From: Salinispira sp.
GTDB taxonomy: Bacteria > Spirochaetota > Spirochaetia > DSM-27196 > Salinispiraceae
Assembly: GCA_965226555.1 (NCBI GenBank)
Contig: CBDDDG010000021.1
Location: 288,001 to 352,000 of the forward strand
Length of the DNA stretch: 64,000 nt
Direction of reading: 5' to 3'
Shown: positions 19,567-29,869 of the stretch, piece after piece
How positions within the stretch are numbered: position 1 is the stretch's first letter
Layout of the letters: every line of letters starts with the position of its first letter
Notes under the pieces: model-generated
The model's input: only the letters and a program-made list of their open reading frames with translations
What the model was told of the DNA's origin: nothing
Databases searched by the model: none
Position numbers and translations under genes: made by a program

Positions 19567-20892
19567 TTACTGCCCCGAAAATTCCGGATGTTCCTCAAGA
19601 ATCGGCAGTATGCTGTGTCCATCGGATATTCCATCAAGCTTCAAAATTTCTTCTACAGCCCTGTGTAATGCTTCTTCCACAACCACATGGGTAATAATTA
19701 CCAGCGGCAGTCCCGAATCCGTTTCACTGTCCGCATGCTGCAGAATGGAACTGACACTTATATTGTAGTTTGCGAGAATGGCGGTAAGTCCGGCGAGTAT
19801 GCCCGACTGATCCTTGAGTTGGAAACGAATGTAGTAGGGCCGCTGTATTTCTGCGGGCGGAAGCTGATTGGACTCATTACTCATGTCCGGCCATGTCCGC
19901 AGGGTGTTGAACAGTGCCGGATAGCTGCCGTTGGCAATACTCAGAACATCGGCAACCACCGCCGATGCAGTAGGAGAACCGCCTGCCCCTCTACCATAAT
20001 ACATGGTATGACCAACACTGTGCCCATATACGCTTATGGCGTTGAAGGATCCGGCGACCCATGCGAGCGGATGCTCCTCTGCGATGAAGGCGGGTTCGAC
20101 CCGCAAAAAGCAGCCTTCCGGTGTTTTCAGCGCAGAGGCAATGAGTTTAATCGTAAAACCCATTTCGGCTCCGAGAACCAAGTCGACAGACTGGAGCTTG
20201 TCGATGCCGGTAACAGGAATTTTGCTGAAATCCATCGCCTCGCCGAAGGCCAGTCCGCCCATTATGGCAATTTTATGCGCTGAATCGCTTCCGTTTACAT
20301 CGAGGCTGGGATCCGCTTCGGCAAGTCCATCTGCCTGAGCCTGGGAGAGCGCATCACCATAGCTCTGCCCCTTTGTGGACATTTCTGTGAGAATATAATT
20401 GCAGGTACCATTCACAATACCAAAAAGCGCGTCAATTTTGTTTGCCGCAAGACCATCAATAAGTGTCCTAATAATCGGAATACCGCCTCCGCAGCTTGCC
20501 TCAAAGGCGATGCAGACCTTATTTTTCCGGGCAGTCGCGTACAGTTCCCGTCCGTAATGCGCAAGAAGCGCTTTATTCGCCGTAACAACATGTTTTCCGG
20601 CCTCAAGCGATTGTATTATCAGCCTTCGGGCAAAATCGGTTCCGCCGACTAATTCAATAATTATCTCTACCTCAGGATCATCGAGCGCAGCCTGCAGTTC
20701 ATATTCAAATAGTTCCGGTGGGAGAGCGCAGTCTTCGGCATGGGCAAAATCTCTATCCACAATGTACTTCAAATATGTATCTATTCCGCTGCGAGCACAT
20801 CGATCTTTCCGATCCTTAAGAATAAGTTGTGCGACACTGCTGCCGACTGTTCCGCAGCCGATGAGAGCGATTGCTATGGTATGTGTGTGCAT
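19567..20892 (-). CDS. hom: Homoserine dehydrogenase with ACT domain
   Basis: GCGTVG, VVTANKA, FEASCGGGIP, NGTCNYIL and GAGGSPTASAV motifs. Confidence 0.95.
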   Translation of the reverse strand: MHTHTIAIALIGCGTVGSSVAQLILKDRKDRCARSGIDTYLKYIVDRDFAHAEDCALPPELFEYELQAALDDPEVEIIIELVGGTDFARRLIIQSLEAGKHVVTANKALLAHYGRELYATARKNKVCIAFEASCGGGIPIIRTLIDGLAANKIDALFGIVNGTCNYILTEMSTKGQSYGDALSQAQADGLAEADPSLDVNGSDSAHKIAIMGGLAFGEAMDFSKIPVTGIDKLQSVDLVLGAEMGFTIKLIASALKTPEGCFLRVEPAFIAEEHPLAWVAGSFNAISVYGHSVGHTMYYGRGAGGSPTASAVVADVLSIANGSYPALFNTLRTWPDMSNESNQLPPAEIQRPYYIRFQLKDQSGILAGLTAILANYNISVSSILQHADSETDSGLPLVIITHVVVEEALHRAVEEILKLDGISDGHSILPILEEHPEFSGQ

Positions 20893-20898
20893 AATCGG

Positions 20899-20927
20899 AT
20901 AATATGCTTGTAGAGATAAGCTGTCAA
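20899..20927 (-). promoter_or_regulatory. Sigma70-type promoter of hom (leaderless spacing)
   Basis: TTGACA-17-TATTAT, then 6 nt to the ATG. Confidence 0.7.
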
Positions 20928-20986
20928 GGTCTTGGGGTTTTAAAAACCCGGAGAATGTCTCCGGGGGGTGCTGGTGCTGGTTAGGC

Positions 20987-21793
20987 CTAGAAGCCTGATG
21001 TTACATTTCCGTTTTCATCAAAGGAAATAGGTGAACTCCAATAATGCTCGTAATCGTCTATGATCTGATCTTTGGCAGATTTTCCCCCTGCTATCTGTCC
21101 GTTTTCATAAAAACTAATGTCAAATCCGCCTTGATAGGTTACGCCGTCTATGGTGGTGTCTTTGGCAAGGGTTCCGCGTTTAAACCGTCCGTTTTCATAA
21201 AAGAAAATATCACTACTATAACTAATGCCCTGATAGGTTACTCCGTTTATTTCCGTATTCTTGGCAAGCCATCCTTGTTTTATCTGTCCGTTTTCATAAA
21301 AGTGAATATTTTTTACAGTTTTGTATGTTGTGCCGTCTATGGTCTGGTCTCCGGCAAGGGTTCCCTCCTTCACCTGCCTGTTTTTATAAAATTGAATGTC
21401 CTTTCCGGCTTTGTATGTTATGCCGTCTATGGTCTGGTTTCCTATGGTCCGGTCTCCGACGAGGGTTCCCTCTACTAGCTGTCCGTTTTCATAAAATTTA
21501 ATGATGTATTGCCCGCCTTCATAGGTTACGCCGTCTATGATCTGGTTTCCTGCAAAGGTTCCCTCTTTTACTTGCCCGTTTTCATAAAATCTAATTTTAT
21601 AACCGCTCTTATAGGTTATGCTGTCTATGATCTGCTCTCCGGCAAGGGTTCCCTCCTTCACCTGCCCGTTTTCGTAATAATATGTAGGAATACTTTTATA
21701 GATTATGCCGTTTATTGTTGTTTCACTGAAGGCTACCTGCCCGGCGGTCAATATCATAATTACCATAATTGATAGTATTGTTAGTTTTCGCAT
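20987..21793 (-). CDS. Secreted protein made of about 8 FYENGQ..EGTLA..IDG.TY repeats
   Basis: Signal peptide, SD AGGAG, and repeats visible in both DNA and protein. Confidence 0.8.
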   Translation of the reverse strand: MRKLTILSIMVIMILTAGQVAFSETTINGIIYKSIPTYYYENGQVKEGTLAGEQIIDSITYKSGYKIRFYENGQVKEGTFAGNQIIDGVTYEGGQYIIKFYENGQLVEGTLVGDRTIGNQTIDGITYKAGKDIQFYKNRQVKEGTLAGDQTIDGTTYKTVKNIHFYENGQIKQGWLAKNTEINGVTYQGISYSSDIFFYENGRFKRGTLAKDTTIDGVTYQGGFDISFYENGQIAGGKSAKDQIIDDYEHYWSSPISFDENGNVTSGF

Positions 21794-22012
21794 TAAAAAC
21801 TCCTATAGGGAAGCTCTGGAAACACGGGTATTTCACACTGTATCGCGGAAATAGCGTTTTTTTAAGCTCCACTGTGATCTAGTATCATCAAAAAATTCGT
21901 TTGTGTCAAGCACTTTTTCTCTTTTGTGCAGAGGTTTTTGTTTTGCGCCCCCGTTTTCCGGTGTTTTCTGCTTGTTTCTCTTGTTCTTTTCATACTTTTT
22001 CGGGGTGTTGCC

Positions 22013-23203
22013 TTATCCCGACTGCAACCGATTGATCAAAAAACACATTCTCTGCATGTTGTAGACCACATCTCCCAAACCAATCTCAAATCTCGCTCTC
22101 TTCAGTCCCTTCCGCCTGACCTGCCGAAATCTCAATGCTCCCTTTCGGTGGGCAAACACATGTTCCACACGGCAGCGAATCTTCGACCACTGGGTATTCT
22201 CCCGCTTCTGCTCATCGCTTATCGGATTGTCCCGCGTCCCCTTGTGCAGTATTCGGCTTTTGCCCTTACCCGCTATCTCGGTGACAACCTTCTCGCAGGG
22301 CTCTCCCCAATAGCCTTTGTCCGCATATACTTCCTGCCCGCTGTCCTGCTCAGGATTCAGTACACGCCCGAGAGACTGCGAATCATGCACCGATGCCGGT
22401 GTCGCATGGAAGGTGAGAACACACTTCGATCCATTATCAATCTTTATGGTGTGGGAATAGCCAAAGAAGAATCTCCCCCGCCGTTTTGTCTTATTCGCAT
22501 CTTTATCGACTTGGCGATCCCGGTGAATCTCCTGCGTTGATGGGTCATCATGCTCTGTCGTATCGCCGGGACGATCCGTAGAAAGCTTTACCCGACGCTG
22601 GGGAGCTTCAATGATCTCGGCATCAATAATCCGACCGTCATTAACAATCAGCTCTTTATCACTCAGCTCCGCGGTAAAGCGCTCGAACAACTCATCAATT
22701 ACTCCTGCCTGCGTCAGCTTTTCCCGAAACTCCCATATCGAAACTTTTGCTACTGGAAATTGTGCAGAGCACAATTTCCAGTAGCAAAAGTTTCAGATTC
22801 AGAATGTTTTCTATGTGCTAAGCATTCTCCTATTTTATAGAAAGTTTTGCCTCAGGCAAAACTTTCATATTGTTTTCTCATCTGGAACGGTATCTTCACT
22901 CGTTATCCCCAGAAAACCCCGAAAACTTGATCGGTCTTCAACCTGAAACTCCAATTCGGCATCGGAAAAATTATAGAGACGGCTAAGAATCAGCATTTTG
23001 AACTTCAGAATTAGGTCAAATCCCGGGCGGCCTCCCGGACCGCGGGGGGTTCCCTTAATGGCTTTCGTGAGAATGGGAAGAAACATACTCCAATTAATAT
23101 GCTTATTTAGCGACAACAGTTTGTTTCGCTTCTCTAATCGGTGTAACCGTTCCTGTTCTGCTCTGTCAGAAAATGATAATTGAGTGTTCATGCCTGCCTC
23201 CAA
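22013..23203 (-). pseudogene. IS5-family transposase split by a 132-bp insertion
   Basis: The N-part ends VPDEKTI and the C-part resumes WEFREKL. Motifs IIDA, YADKGY and RVEHVF are present. Confidence 0.9.
22740..22866. mobile_element. Palindromic MITE-like element inserted in the transposase
   Basis: 26-bp perfect-stem hairpin (22740-22794), linker, and 13-bp-stem hairpin (22840-22866); ATAT duplicated on the flanks. Confidence 0.85.
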
Positions 23204-23354
23204 TGGGTAAGTATCCGATATTCTCCTATCTCACTCACAAAATGTCAATTCACCACACATCACCTACCGAACTGTGAGTTTCCAGAGCTTCCCTATAATT
23301 TTTTTATAAAAAATATTGCAAATTCTGTCAGGCGTTTTTTCCAATGAATCCACC

Positions 23355-23702
23355 TTATTCGCGTAACACGAATCCGTTGTCGCCGTTATATTCGGCATTG
23401 CAACTGTTTTCCAACATGCGACCAATTACAGTAAACGCACACCCGCCGTTGCGGGCTGCGGTTGGACATTGCTCCCTGAAATCTTTGCGGTCAAATTTTT
23501 TACGCACAAGCAAATGCTTTTCAGCTACTTGGATGTCGGCGAGCAGAATTCCTTTTTTGTTAACGCGTTCGGAGCCTTGCGATGTGTAATACATGCAAAC
23601 GCCGTCTCGCCATTTATCGCACCGATACGACGCACCGGGTTTTTTCAAGTGCGGATATTTTGTGCCCGGCGGATTGTTTTTTTCAAAATCAGTTTTTATC
23701 AT
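23355..23702 (-). CDS. Small Cys-containing hypothetical protein
   Basis: 115-aa ORF preceded by TTGACA-17-CAAAAT-6-ATG. Confidence 0.55.
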   Translation of the reverse strand: MIKTDFEKNNPPGTKYPHLKKPGASYRCDKWRDGVCMYYTSQGSERVNKKGILLADIQVAEKHLLVRKKFDRKDFREQCPTAARNGGCAFTVIGRMLENSCNAEYNGDNGFVLRE

Positions 23703-23874
23703 AGTCGCATTTTGGGAGATTATTGCTGGTATGTCAATAAGTTTTCCCCATTGGGGTGGGAAAAATGGGAAAAAATTGAAAAATCACATTGAATCAGCCC
23801 TTGCATCATTCCCAAAATAAATGTATTGTATACGAAACTTTGAAATAAAAATAAAATGTTTTGAGGAGTACGAT

Positions 23875-25116
23875 ATGCACGTTACCGAAGTTACGGATGG
23901 AATTTTTCGCTTATCCGCAAACGCACACAATTTACTGTTTGAGGGCATATGGCCAATTCCTAACGGTGTAAGCATGAACAGCTATATTGTTCGGGGTGAG
24001 AAAATTGCCATTGTCGATGGTGTCTGCGGGTGGGATGGAGTGCCGGAAACACTTTTTGAACAGTTCAAACACATGGATATACATGTTGATGATATCGATT
24101 ATGTTATTGTGAACCATCATGAACCGGATCATAGCGGATGGCTGGAAGATTTTAAGAAGATACGTCCCAACTTTGAAATTATTACCAGTGTCAGAGGGGA
24201 GGCGCTTCTTGATGCCTTCTACGGAATTACCGAGAACATCCGTACCGTTAAAACGGGTGATACGCTTGATCTTGGCGGCGGACGGGTACTTGCCTTTGCC
24301 GACATTCCCAATGTTCACTGGCCGGAGACTATGGCAACCTTCGATACGAAGAGCGGCACCCTCCTTCCCTGCGATGCCTTCGGATCCTTTGGGGCAATTG
24401 GCGATGCTCCCTATGATGATCAGTTGGATCAGAAGGAAATTGATTTTTTTGAACGGGAAGCTGTGCGGTACTATTCCAACATTGTTGCGGCCTTCTGTCT
24501 TCCGGTAAACAAGGCAATTAAAGCAGTGGAGGGGCTGCCGGTGAAAATTATCGCTCCGGGGCATGGAATTGTCTGGAGACAAAATCCGCAAAAGATCATT
24601 GACGATTACAAGCGCTATGCGAGCTACGACAAAAATCCGGCAAAAGAAGAGGTTACTGTTATCTGGGGGTCAATGTACGGCTGTACCGGGAAGGCTATTC
24701 AGCCGCTGGTAGACGCAATTGAATCGGAGAATGTGAAGGTCCATGTTCACCGTGTTCCCGAGGCGCCTCTCGGAGATATTCTCACCTCTGTGTGGACATC
24801 TACCGGTATCGTTATTGCGACTCCCACCTATGAGTACAAAATGTTCCCCCCCGTCTTTGCTGTCGTTGATGAACTGGTGAAGAAAAAGGTAAAGAACCGT
24901 AAGGCCTTTTACATGGGCAGTTACGGATGGTCGGGCGGAGCGAAAAAGGAGCTCGATGAACTCATGGCGCAGCATAAATCTGGCTGGGACTTTCTCGAAT
25001 CGGTTGAGTTTAAGGGGAACCCGACCACTCCCGATCTTAACCGCATTCAGGAACGGGGCCGTGAGTTGGCGCGTGAGGTAAAGCGCATGGTTGCCGAGGC
25101 TCCATCGCCTGTCTGA
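23875..25116 (+). CDS. fprA: Flavodiiron protein (FprA family)
   Basis: NHHEPDHSG, HWPE, CDAFG, PGHG, and flavodoxin-domain SMYGCT and GSYGWSG; SD GAGGAG. Confidence 0.9.
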   Translation: MHVTEVTDGIFRLSANAHNLLFEGIWPIPNGVSMNSYIVRGEKIAIVDGVCGWDGVPETLFEQFKHMDIHVDDIDYVIVNHHEPDHSGWLEDFKKIRPNFEIITSVRGEALLDAFYGITENIRTVKTGDTLDLGGGRVLAFADIPNVHWPETMATFDTKSGTLLPCDAFGSFGAIGDAPYDDQLDQKEIDFFEREAVRYYSNIVAAFCLPVNKAIKAVEGLPVKIIAPGHGIVWRQNPQKIIDDYKRYASYDKNPAKEEVTVIWGSMYGCTGKAIQPLVDAIESENVKVHVHRVPEAPLGDILTSVWTSTGIVIATPTYEYKMFPPVFAVVDELVKKKVKNRKAFYMGSYGWSGGAKKELDELMAQHKSGWDFLESVEFKGNPTTPDLNRIQERGRELAREVKRMVAEAPSPV

Positions 25117-25140
25117 ACCATCGCATGCGGTAATTTAGTA

Positions 25141-25195
25141 GAAACTTTTGCATTGGAAAATTGCGCTTGCGCAATTTTCCAGTAGCAAAACTTTG
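25141..25195. repeat. Palindromic repeat family copy (long hairpin)
   Basis: GAAACTTTTGCATTGGAAAATTGCGC-tt-GCGCAATTTTCCAGTAGCAAAACTTTG. Confidence 0.85.
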
Positions 25196-25286
25196 AGTAT
25201 ATAAATTGACCGTAGATCATTGACGTTTTTGGAAAATACATATATGATCATTTTTTATATACGCGTATTGCGTCATAGGGGGTATA

Positions 25287-25814
25287 TTGTCCGCAAAGAA
25301 ACATCGAATTAATAAGCAAATCCGGGTTAATGAAGTTCGTCTTGTCGATGACAGGGGTGAACAGAAGGGTATTGTTCCCATAGCCCAAGCGCTTGAAGCG
25401 GCAAACGAAAAGGGGCTTGACTTGGTTGAAGTTTCGCCAAATGCCAATCCCCCGGTTTGTAAACTTATCAATTATGGTAAGTATAAATACGAAGTGGACA
25501 AAAAAAACCGGGAATCGAAGAAGCATCAATCTCAGGTACGGTTAAAGGAAATCCGCATGCAGCCCAAGATTGAAGTTCATGATCTTCAATTCAAAACCAA
25601 ACATGTATTGGAATTTCTGCAGGAAGGAAATAAATGCAAGGTAACGATACGGTTTCGCGGGCGGGAGTTTGCGCACACCTATCTTGGGAAAGAAGTGCTT
25701 TTCAAGGTTCTGGATCTTCTTGGTGAAGAAAATTACAACCTCGATAATCCGCCGGCCATGGAAGGAAGATTTATGAGTATGATTCTCAGTCCCAAAAACA
25801 GGAAAAAGAAGTGA
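25287..25814 (+). CDS. infC: Translation initiation factor IF-3 (non-ATG start)
   Basis: [29 protein letters not shown] and [10 protein letters not shown]; upstream TTGACG-17-TATGAT. Confidence 0.95.
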   Translation: MSAKKHRINKQIRVNEVRLVDDRGEQKGIVPIAQALEAANEKGLDLVEVSPNANPPVCKLINYGKYKYEVDKKNRESKKHQSQVRLKEIRMQPKIEVHDLQFKTKHVLEFLQEGNKCKVTIRFRGREFAHTYLGKEVLFKVLDLLGEENYNLDNPPAMEGRFMSMILSPKNRKKK

Positions 25815-25824
25815 GGAAAAGCTA

Positions 25825-26022
25825 ATGCCAAAAATGAAAACCCGTAAATCTGCTGCCAAGCGTTATTCAGTAACGGCAGGAGGAAAAATCAAGTACAAAA
25901 AACAGGGCTTACGTCATATACTTACCAAAAAGAGTACAAAGCGTAAAAGAGGGCTCCGCAAGAGCGGCATTCTCAGCCCGGCTGAAACCAAACGCGTTCG
26001 AAAGTTACTTCCCTATGGGTAA
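25825..26022 (+). CDS. rpmI: 50S ribosomal protein L35
   Basis: [13 protein letters not shown]...RHILTKK; conserved infC-rpmI-rplT order. Confidence 0.97.
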   Translation: MPKMKTRKSAAKRYSVTAGGKIKYKKQGLRHILTKKSTKRKRGLRKSGILSPAETKRVRKLLPYG

Positions 26023-26056
26023 GTGAGAATCCAATCGTGTATCTGAGGAGACGACC

Positions 26057-26416
26057 ATGCCAAGAGTAGTTGATGGAACCCGGCGCAAGAATCGCCGAAA
26101 AAAAATACTCAAACAAACGAAGGGTTTCTATGGGGGCAGACGAACCCTTCATAAAACCGCAAAAGATGCCCTGAAGAAGAGTCTGCAATATGCCTACCGC
26201 GACCGTAAGGTCAGGAAGAGAGATTTTCGTCAACTGTGGATTGCCCGAATTTCAGCTTCAGTAAGAGAAGAGGGGCTGAACTATTCCCGTTTTATTCAGG
26301 GCCTGCACAAAGCAGGAGTTGAACTTAATCGAAAAACTCTTTCAAATCTCGCAATTGAAGATAAGCAGGCTTTTTCCTTGCTGATAGAGCTTTCAAAAAA
26401 ACATCTCAATGCATAA
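26057..26416 (+). CDS. rplT: 50S ribosomal protein L20
   Basis: YAYRDRKVRKRDFRQLWIARI and LNRKTLSNLA. Confidence 0.97.
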   Translation: MPRVVDGTRRKNRRKKILKQTKGFYGGRRTLHKTAKDALKKSLQYAYRDRKVRKRDFRQLWIARISASVREEGLNYSRFIQGLHKAGVELNRKTLSNLAIEDKQAFSLLIELSKKHLNA

Positions 26417-26417
26417 A

Positions 26418-26470
26418 GAAACTTTTGCTACTGGAAATTGTGCTCTGCACAATTTTCCAATGCAAAAATC
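26418..26470. repeat. Palindromic repeat family copy
   Basis: GAAACTTTTGCTACTGGAAATTGTGC-tct-GCACAATTTTCCAATGCAAAA. Confidence 0.85.
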
Positions 26471-26493
26471 GATAAAATTATTTGGGAGGAAAA

Positions 26494-27003
26494 ATGATCA
26501 CTATTGAACAAATTCGGCGCCTTGAAAATAAAATTCAGGAAGTTATGGAGCTTCTCCGCCGCTATAAAGATGAGAACGCTCATATAAAAGAGGAGCTTGC
26601 AGCATCTGAGGTGCGTAGAGAAGAGCTTGAAAATGACCTAAAAAAACATCGTGATGAGCAGGAAGAAATTGAGCAGGGCATTCTTAAGGCTCTTGATCAG
26701 CTCAATAACATTGAAGATGTGGTCGGTAATCTGAAAAAAGTCGGAACCCGCAGGGAAGTCGCTCCAGTCGGAACCCGGGAAGCAGCTTCCCATATCGCTC
26801 TTGAACCGTCACATGAACATGATGAATCCAAACATGACGATAACCCCAGTATTGATATTGATATTGATATTGATATTGACAGTTCTGCTGATGATGATCA
26901 TTCCGATCATGATAATGCTGATAATGCCGCATCCGAGATCAACAACGAAGTGGAGTCCGGTGACGATGGTTCCTCTGAAGAAGAGCAGCTTGATATTTTC
27001 TGA
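26494..27003 (+). CDS. ZapB-like coiled-coil protein with an acidic low-complexity tail
   Basis: N-terminal heptads (LENKIQEVMELL), ATTGAT repeats, ends QLDIF; adjacent to a zapA-like gene. Confidence 0.6.
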   Translation: MITIEQIRRLENKIQEVMELLRRYKDENAHIKEELAASEVRREELENDLKKHRDEQEEIEQGILKALDQLNNIEDVVGNLKKVGTRREVAPVGTREAASHIALEPSHEHDESKHDDNPSIDIDIDIDIDSSADDDHSDHDNADNAASEINNEVESGDDGSSEEEQLDIF

Positions 27004-27008
27004 AGCTC

Positions 27009-27344
27009 ATGCGCATGAAAATAGAGTTATTGGGTACCAGTTTTCTTCTTCAATCGGATGAAGACCGCGAATATCTCAAAAAGGTTGTGCGGTATTTTGA
27101 AAAAAAACTTGACGAAACCCGCCGAACCGTTGATACCTCGGATCCTCTGAAACTCGCAATTCTCGCCGGCATGATGATAACTGATGAATTTTTTACCTCA
27201 GAAAAGGGGAGCTCCGAGCTGGCTTCCGATCTGACTGTTAATGATCTCGAAGAAGCCGAGCAGATAACACTCAATCTCATAGACACCATTGCCCAAACAC
27301 TGCGGGAAAATGACCCTGAGCCTTCAGGGGCGGATGAAACATAA
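27009..27344 (+). CDS. zapA: Cell division protein ZapA-like
   Basis: IELLGTSF...EYLKKV...DPLKLAILAG.MITDE pattern. Confidence 0.7.
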   Translation: MRMKIELLGTSFLLQSDEDREYLKKVVRYFEKKLDETRRTVDTSDPLKLAILAGMMITDEFFTSEKGSSELASDLTVNDLEEAEQITLNLIDTIAQTLRENDPEPSGADET

Positions 27345-27367
27345 ATTACTTTCTGCTACTTTCTTCC

Positions 27368-27395
27368 TAAAGTTTCCCCCAAAACCTGCCGACAA
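27368..27395 (+). promoter_or_regulatory. Sigma28 (FliA)-type promoter
   Basis: TAAA-N16-GCCGACAA upstream of a flagellin gene. Confidence 0.7.
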
Positions 27396-27518
27396 TTAAT
27401 ATGGGTAATTTATGTCAAACGATTATAAGACAGGGTCTACTTCTCCTTAATCTTACTATCGGATTTTGAAATAAAGCCTTTAGTAAAACATTCAATTTTG
27501 CTTCAGGTATTCCCACTG

Positions 27519-27536
27519 CCGGGCATGGATGCCCGG
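27519..27536 (+). promoter_or_regulatory. CsrA-type GGA hairpin in the flaB leader
   Basis: CCGGGCA-TGGA-TGCCCGG, with a second GGA in the SD. Confidence 0.65.
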
Positions 27537-27589
27537 TACTGCCGCACGTAAAAATTCGGCATATCTTTATCATCATCAAGGAGGATGAA

Positions 27590-28450
27590 ATGATAATTAA
27601 TCACAACCTTAGTGCTATGTTTGCGCAGCGTCAAAATGGCGTTAATGCCATGAATACCACTAAGAATATTGAGAAGCTGAGTTCAGGTCTGCGGATTAAC
27701 CGCGCCGGCGACGATGCTTCCGGTCTTGCGGTTTCCGAAAAACTGCGCAGTCAAATTCGTGGTCTCCAGCAGGCCAGTCGGAATGCTCAGGATGGAATCA
27801 GCCTTATTCAAACAACTGAGGGTTATCTCCAGGAAACAACCGATATTCTGCAGAGAATCCGCGAACTTTCCATTCAGGCTTCAAACGGTATCTATACGGA
27901 AGCAGATCGGCAGCAGATTCAGGTTGAAGTGAGTCAGCTTGTCGATGAGATCGACCGTGTAGCGAGCCATGCGCAGTTCAACGAATTGAACTTGCTGACC
28001 GGGCGTTTCGCTCAGGACGATGATGTCAATGTCGTAGTGGCGAGCATGTGGTTTCACATTGGCGCCAACATGGACCAGCGGGAACGTGTTTTCATTGGTA
28101 CCATGACTTCTGAGGCCCTTGATGTACGGAATGTCGGATCGGGAGATATTATCACTGTTGTAACTCCCGAAGATGCCAACAAGAACATTGGCATTCTTGA
28201 TGAAGCGCTCAAGGAAGTCAACAAGCAGCGGGCGGATCTTGGCGCGTATCAGAATCGTCTGGAATTAACCATCACCGGGCTTGATGTCGGCGCAGAGAAT
28301 CTGCAGGCATCTGAAAGCCGTATCCGCGATCTGAACATGGCGCAGGAAATGGTCGATTTCACAAAGAACCAGATATTGGTTCAGGCATCGACTGCCATGC
28401 TTGCTCAGGCAAATCTTCAGCCTCAATCAATTTTACAGATTCTTGGTTAA
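27590..28450 (+). CDS. flaB: Flagellar filament core protein FlaB
   Basis: [33 protein letters not shown] and [23 protein letters not shown]. Confidence 0.97.
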   Translation: MIINHNLSAMFAQRQNGVNAMNTTKNIEKLSSGLRINRAGDDASGLAVSEKLRSQIRGLQQASRNAQDGISLIQTTEGYLQETTDILQRIRELSIQASNGIYTEADRQQIQVEVSQLVDEIDRVASHAQFNELNLLTGRFAQDDDVNVVVASMWFHIGANMDQRERVFIGTMTSEALDVRNVGSGDIITVVTPEDANKNIGILDEALKEVNKQRADLGAYQNRLELTITGLDVGAENLQASESRIRDLNMAQEMVDFTKNQILVQASTAMLAQANLQPQSILQILG

Positions 28451-28483
28451 ATCTGGTAGAAGTTTTTTCTGACGCACATGTTT

Positions 28484-28528
28484 ATGCCGGCCTGTTTTGA
28501 TTCAAAAATAGGTCGGCATTATTTTTTT
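28484..28528 (+). terminator. Intrinsic terminator after the first flaB
   Basis: ATGCCGGCCTGTTTTGA/TCAAAAATAGGTCGGCAT stem followed by a T tract. Confidence 0.7.
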
Positions 28529-28843
28529 CTGATTCTTCGTGAAAGTTTTGCAAAATGCAAAAATTTCTTCGTATTTTTCTTGATGTATACGTCGCAATGA
28601 TGTAATATACATATAACGGCAGAACAATGTTGTTTTGTCGTGGAGCAGGGTCAGGGTCATACGTGATTTTGCATCCAAAGATCTTTGACATAGTTCCCTT
28701 TCTTGACACTGCCTGTCGAATAATTCCGCGATCAACGAAGTGATCTGCTTGCTTGTTTTTAAGCAAATAAGTAGGCGTAGATCACTTCGCTCAGCAGCCT
28801 GAACGGAGTAGGATGAAAATCCTAAAGCGCTGCGATGGCGGGG

Positions 28844-28866
28844 TCAAAAGCACGGATTGCTTTTGA
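28844..28866 (+). promoter_or_regulatory. CsrA-type GGA hairpin in the second flaB leader
   Basis: TCAAAAGCA-CGGAT-TGCTTTTGA. Confidence 0.65.
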
Positions 28867-28892
28867 GAATATATAGTTCAAGGAGGGGTTAA

Positions 28893-29747
28893 ATGATTAT
28901 TAACCACAACATAAGTGCATTATATGCTAACCGCGTGCTCGGTGAGCGTGGTGCTGAAACCCAGCGTTCAATTGAAAAATTGAGTTCTGGTGAACGTATT
29001 ACGCGTGCTGCAGAAGATGCGGCAGGGCTTGCGGTATCGGAAAAAATGCGATCGCAGATTCGAGGGCTTAATCAAGCCAGTAGAAATATCGGCGATGCAA
29101 TTTCGTTTATTCAGACAACAGAGGGGTATTTGCAAAATACAAGCGATATTCTCGGCCGTCTGAGAGAACTAGCTGTACAGTCTGCCAATGGTATCTATAC
29201 GGCCGAAGATCGGTCGCAGATTCAGGTAGAGGTTTCTCAGCTTGTGGATGAAGTGAATCGAATTGCGGATCATGCTCAGTTCAACCAATTGAACATGCTT
29301 ACCGGTCGATTTGCTCGGGACAGCGTTATAGGAGAGGTTATGCAGTTTCACATTGGCGCCAATGTTGACCAGAATGAACAGGTCTTCATTGAAGCAATGA
29401 CTGCGGAATCTCTTGGTTTGCAAAATCAGCAGGGTACTGGCGATCAAATGAGTATTGCCACACCTGAGGCTGCAAATCAGGCTATTGGAACGCTCGATGG
29501 GGCACTCACGTCTGTTAACAGACAACGGGCAGATCTTGGCGCATATCAGAATCGCTTCGAATCGGCTCAAAAAGGGGTTGATATTGCTGCTGAAAATTTG
29601 CAGGCTTCTGAATCCCGCATTCGGGATGCGGACATGGCGAGTGAGGTTGTCGAATTCACTAAGAATCAGATTCTTACTCAGGCAAATACTGCCATGCTTG
29701 CTCAGGCAAACCTTCAAAGTCAGTCAGTTCTTCAGCTTCTTGGTTAG
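28893..29747 (+). CDS. flaB: Second flagellar filament core protein FlaB
   Basis: [30 protein letters not shown] and [10 protein letters not shown]. Confidence 0.97.
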   Translation: MIINHNISALYANRVLGERGAETQRSIEKLSSGERITRAAEDAAGLAVSEKMRSQIRGLNQASRNIGDAISFIQTTEGYLQNTSDILGRLRELAVQSANGIYTAEDRSQIQVEVSQLVDEVNRIADHAQFNQLNMLTGRFARDSVIGEVMQFHIGANVDQNEQVFIEAMTAESLGLQNQQGTGDQMSIATPEAANQAIGTLDGALTSVNRQRADLGAYQNRFESAQKGVDIAAENLQASESRIRDADMASEVVEFTKNQILTQANTAMLAQANLQSQSVLQLLG

Positions 29748-29869
29748 TTTTTGATATTGGTCAGGCAATCTCCGTTCATATGGAAAGAAGGTTCTGGATG
29801 TTTCTTCTTTTCTTGATTTTCTCTGTCCCTTCTTCGGGAGGGGCAGAGCATTCTACATGGAGGTGAAAT

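Larger units (their letters stand above)
21808..23293 (-). mobile_element. IS5-family insertion sequence with an interrupted transposase
   Basis: Perfect 16-bp inverted repeats GGGAAGCTCTGGAAAC (21808-21823) and GTTTCCAGAGCTTCCC (23278-23293); TATA on both flanks. Confidence 0.92.

Noticed and set aside
18865..19668. 267-aa ORF as a real gene
   Set aside because: It overlaps the lipoprotein end, a repeat copy and the hom 3' end; only the middle resembles an HsdM fragment.
18620..21720. Diversity-generating retroelement template/variable repeat pair
   Set aside because: The repeats are intragenic tandem units, differences are not confined to adenines, and no reverse transcriptase is present in the window.
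21926..22840. Plus-strand ORFs inside the IS
   Set aside because: They are antisense shadows of the transposase with no recognisable motifs.
25284..25289. Non-ATG start of infC as a novelty
   Set aside because: Non-canonical infC starts are a well-known autoregulatory feature.
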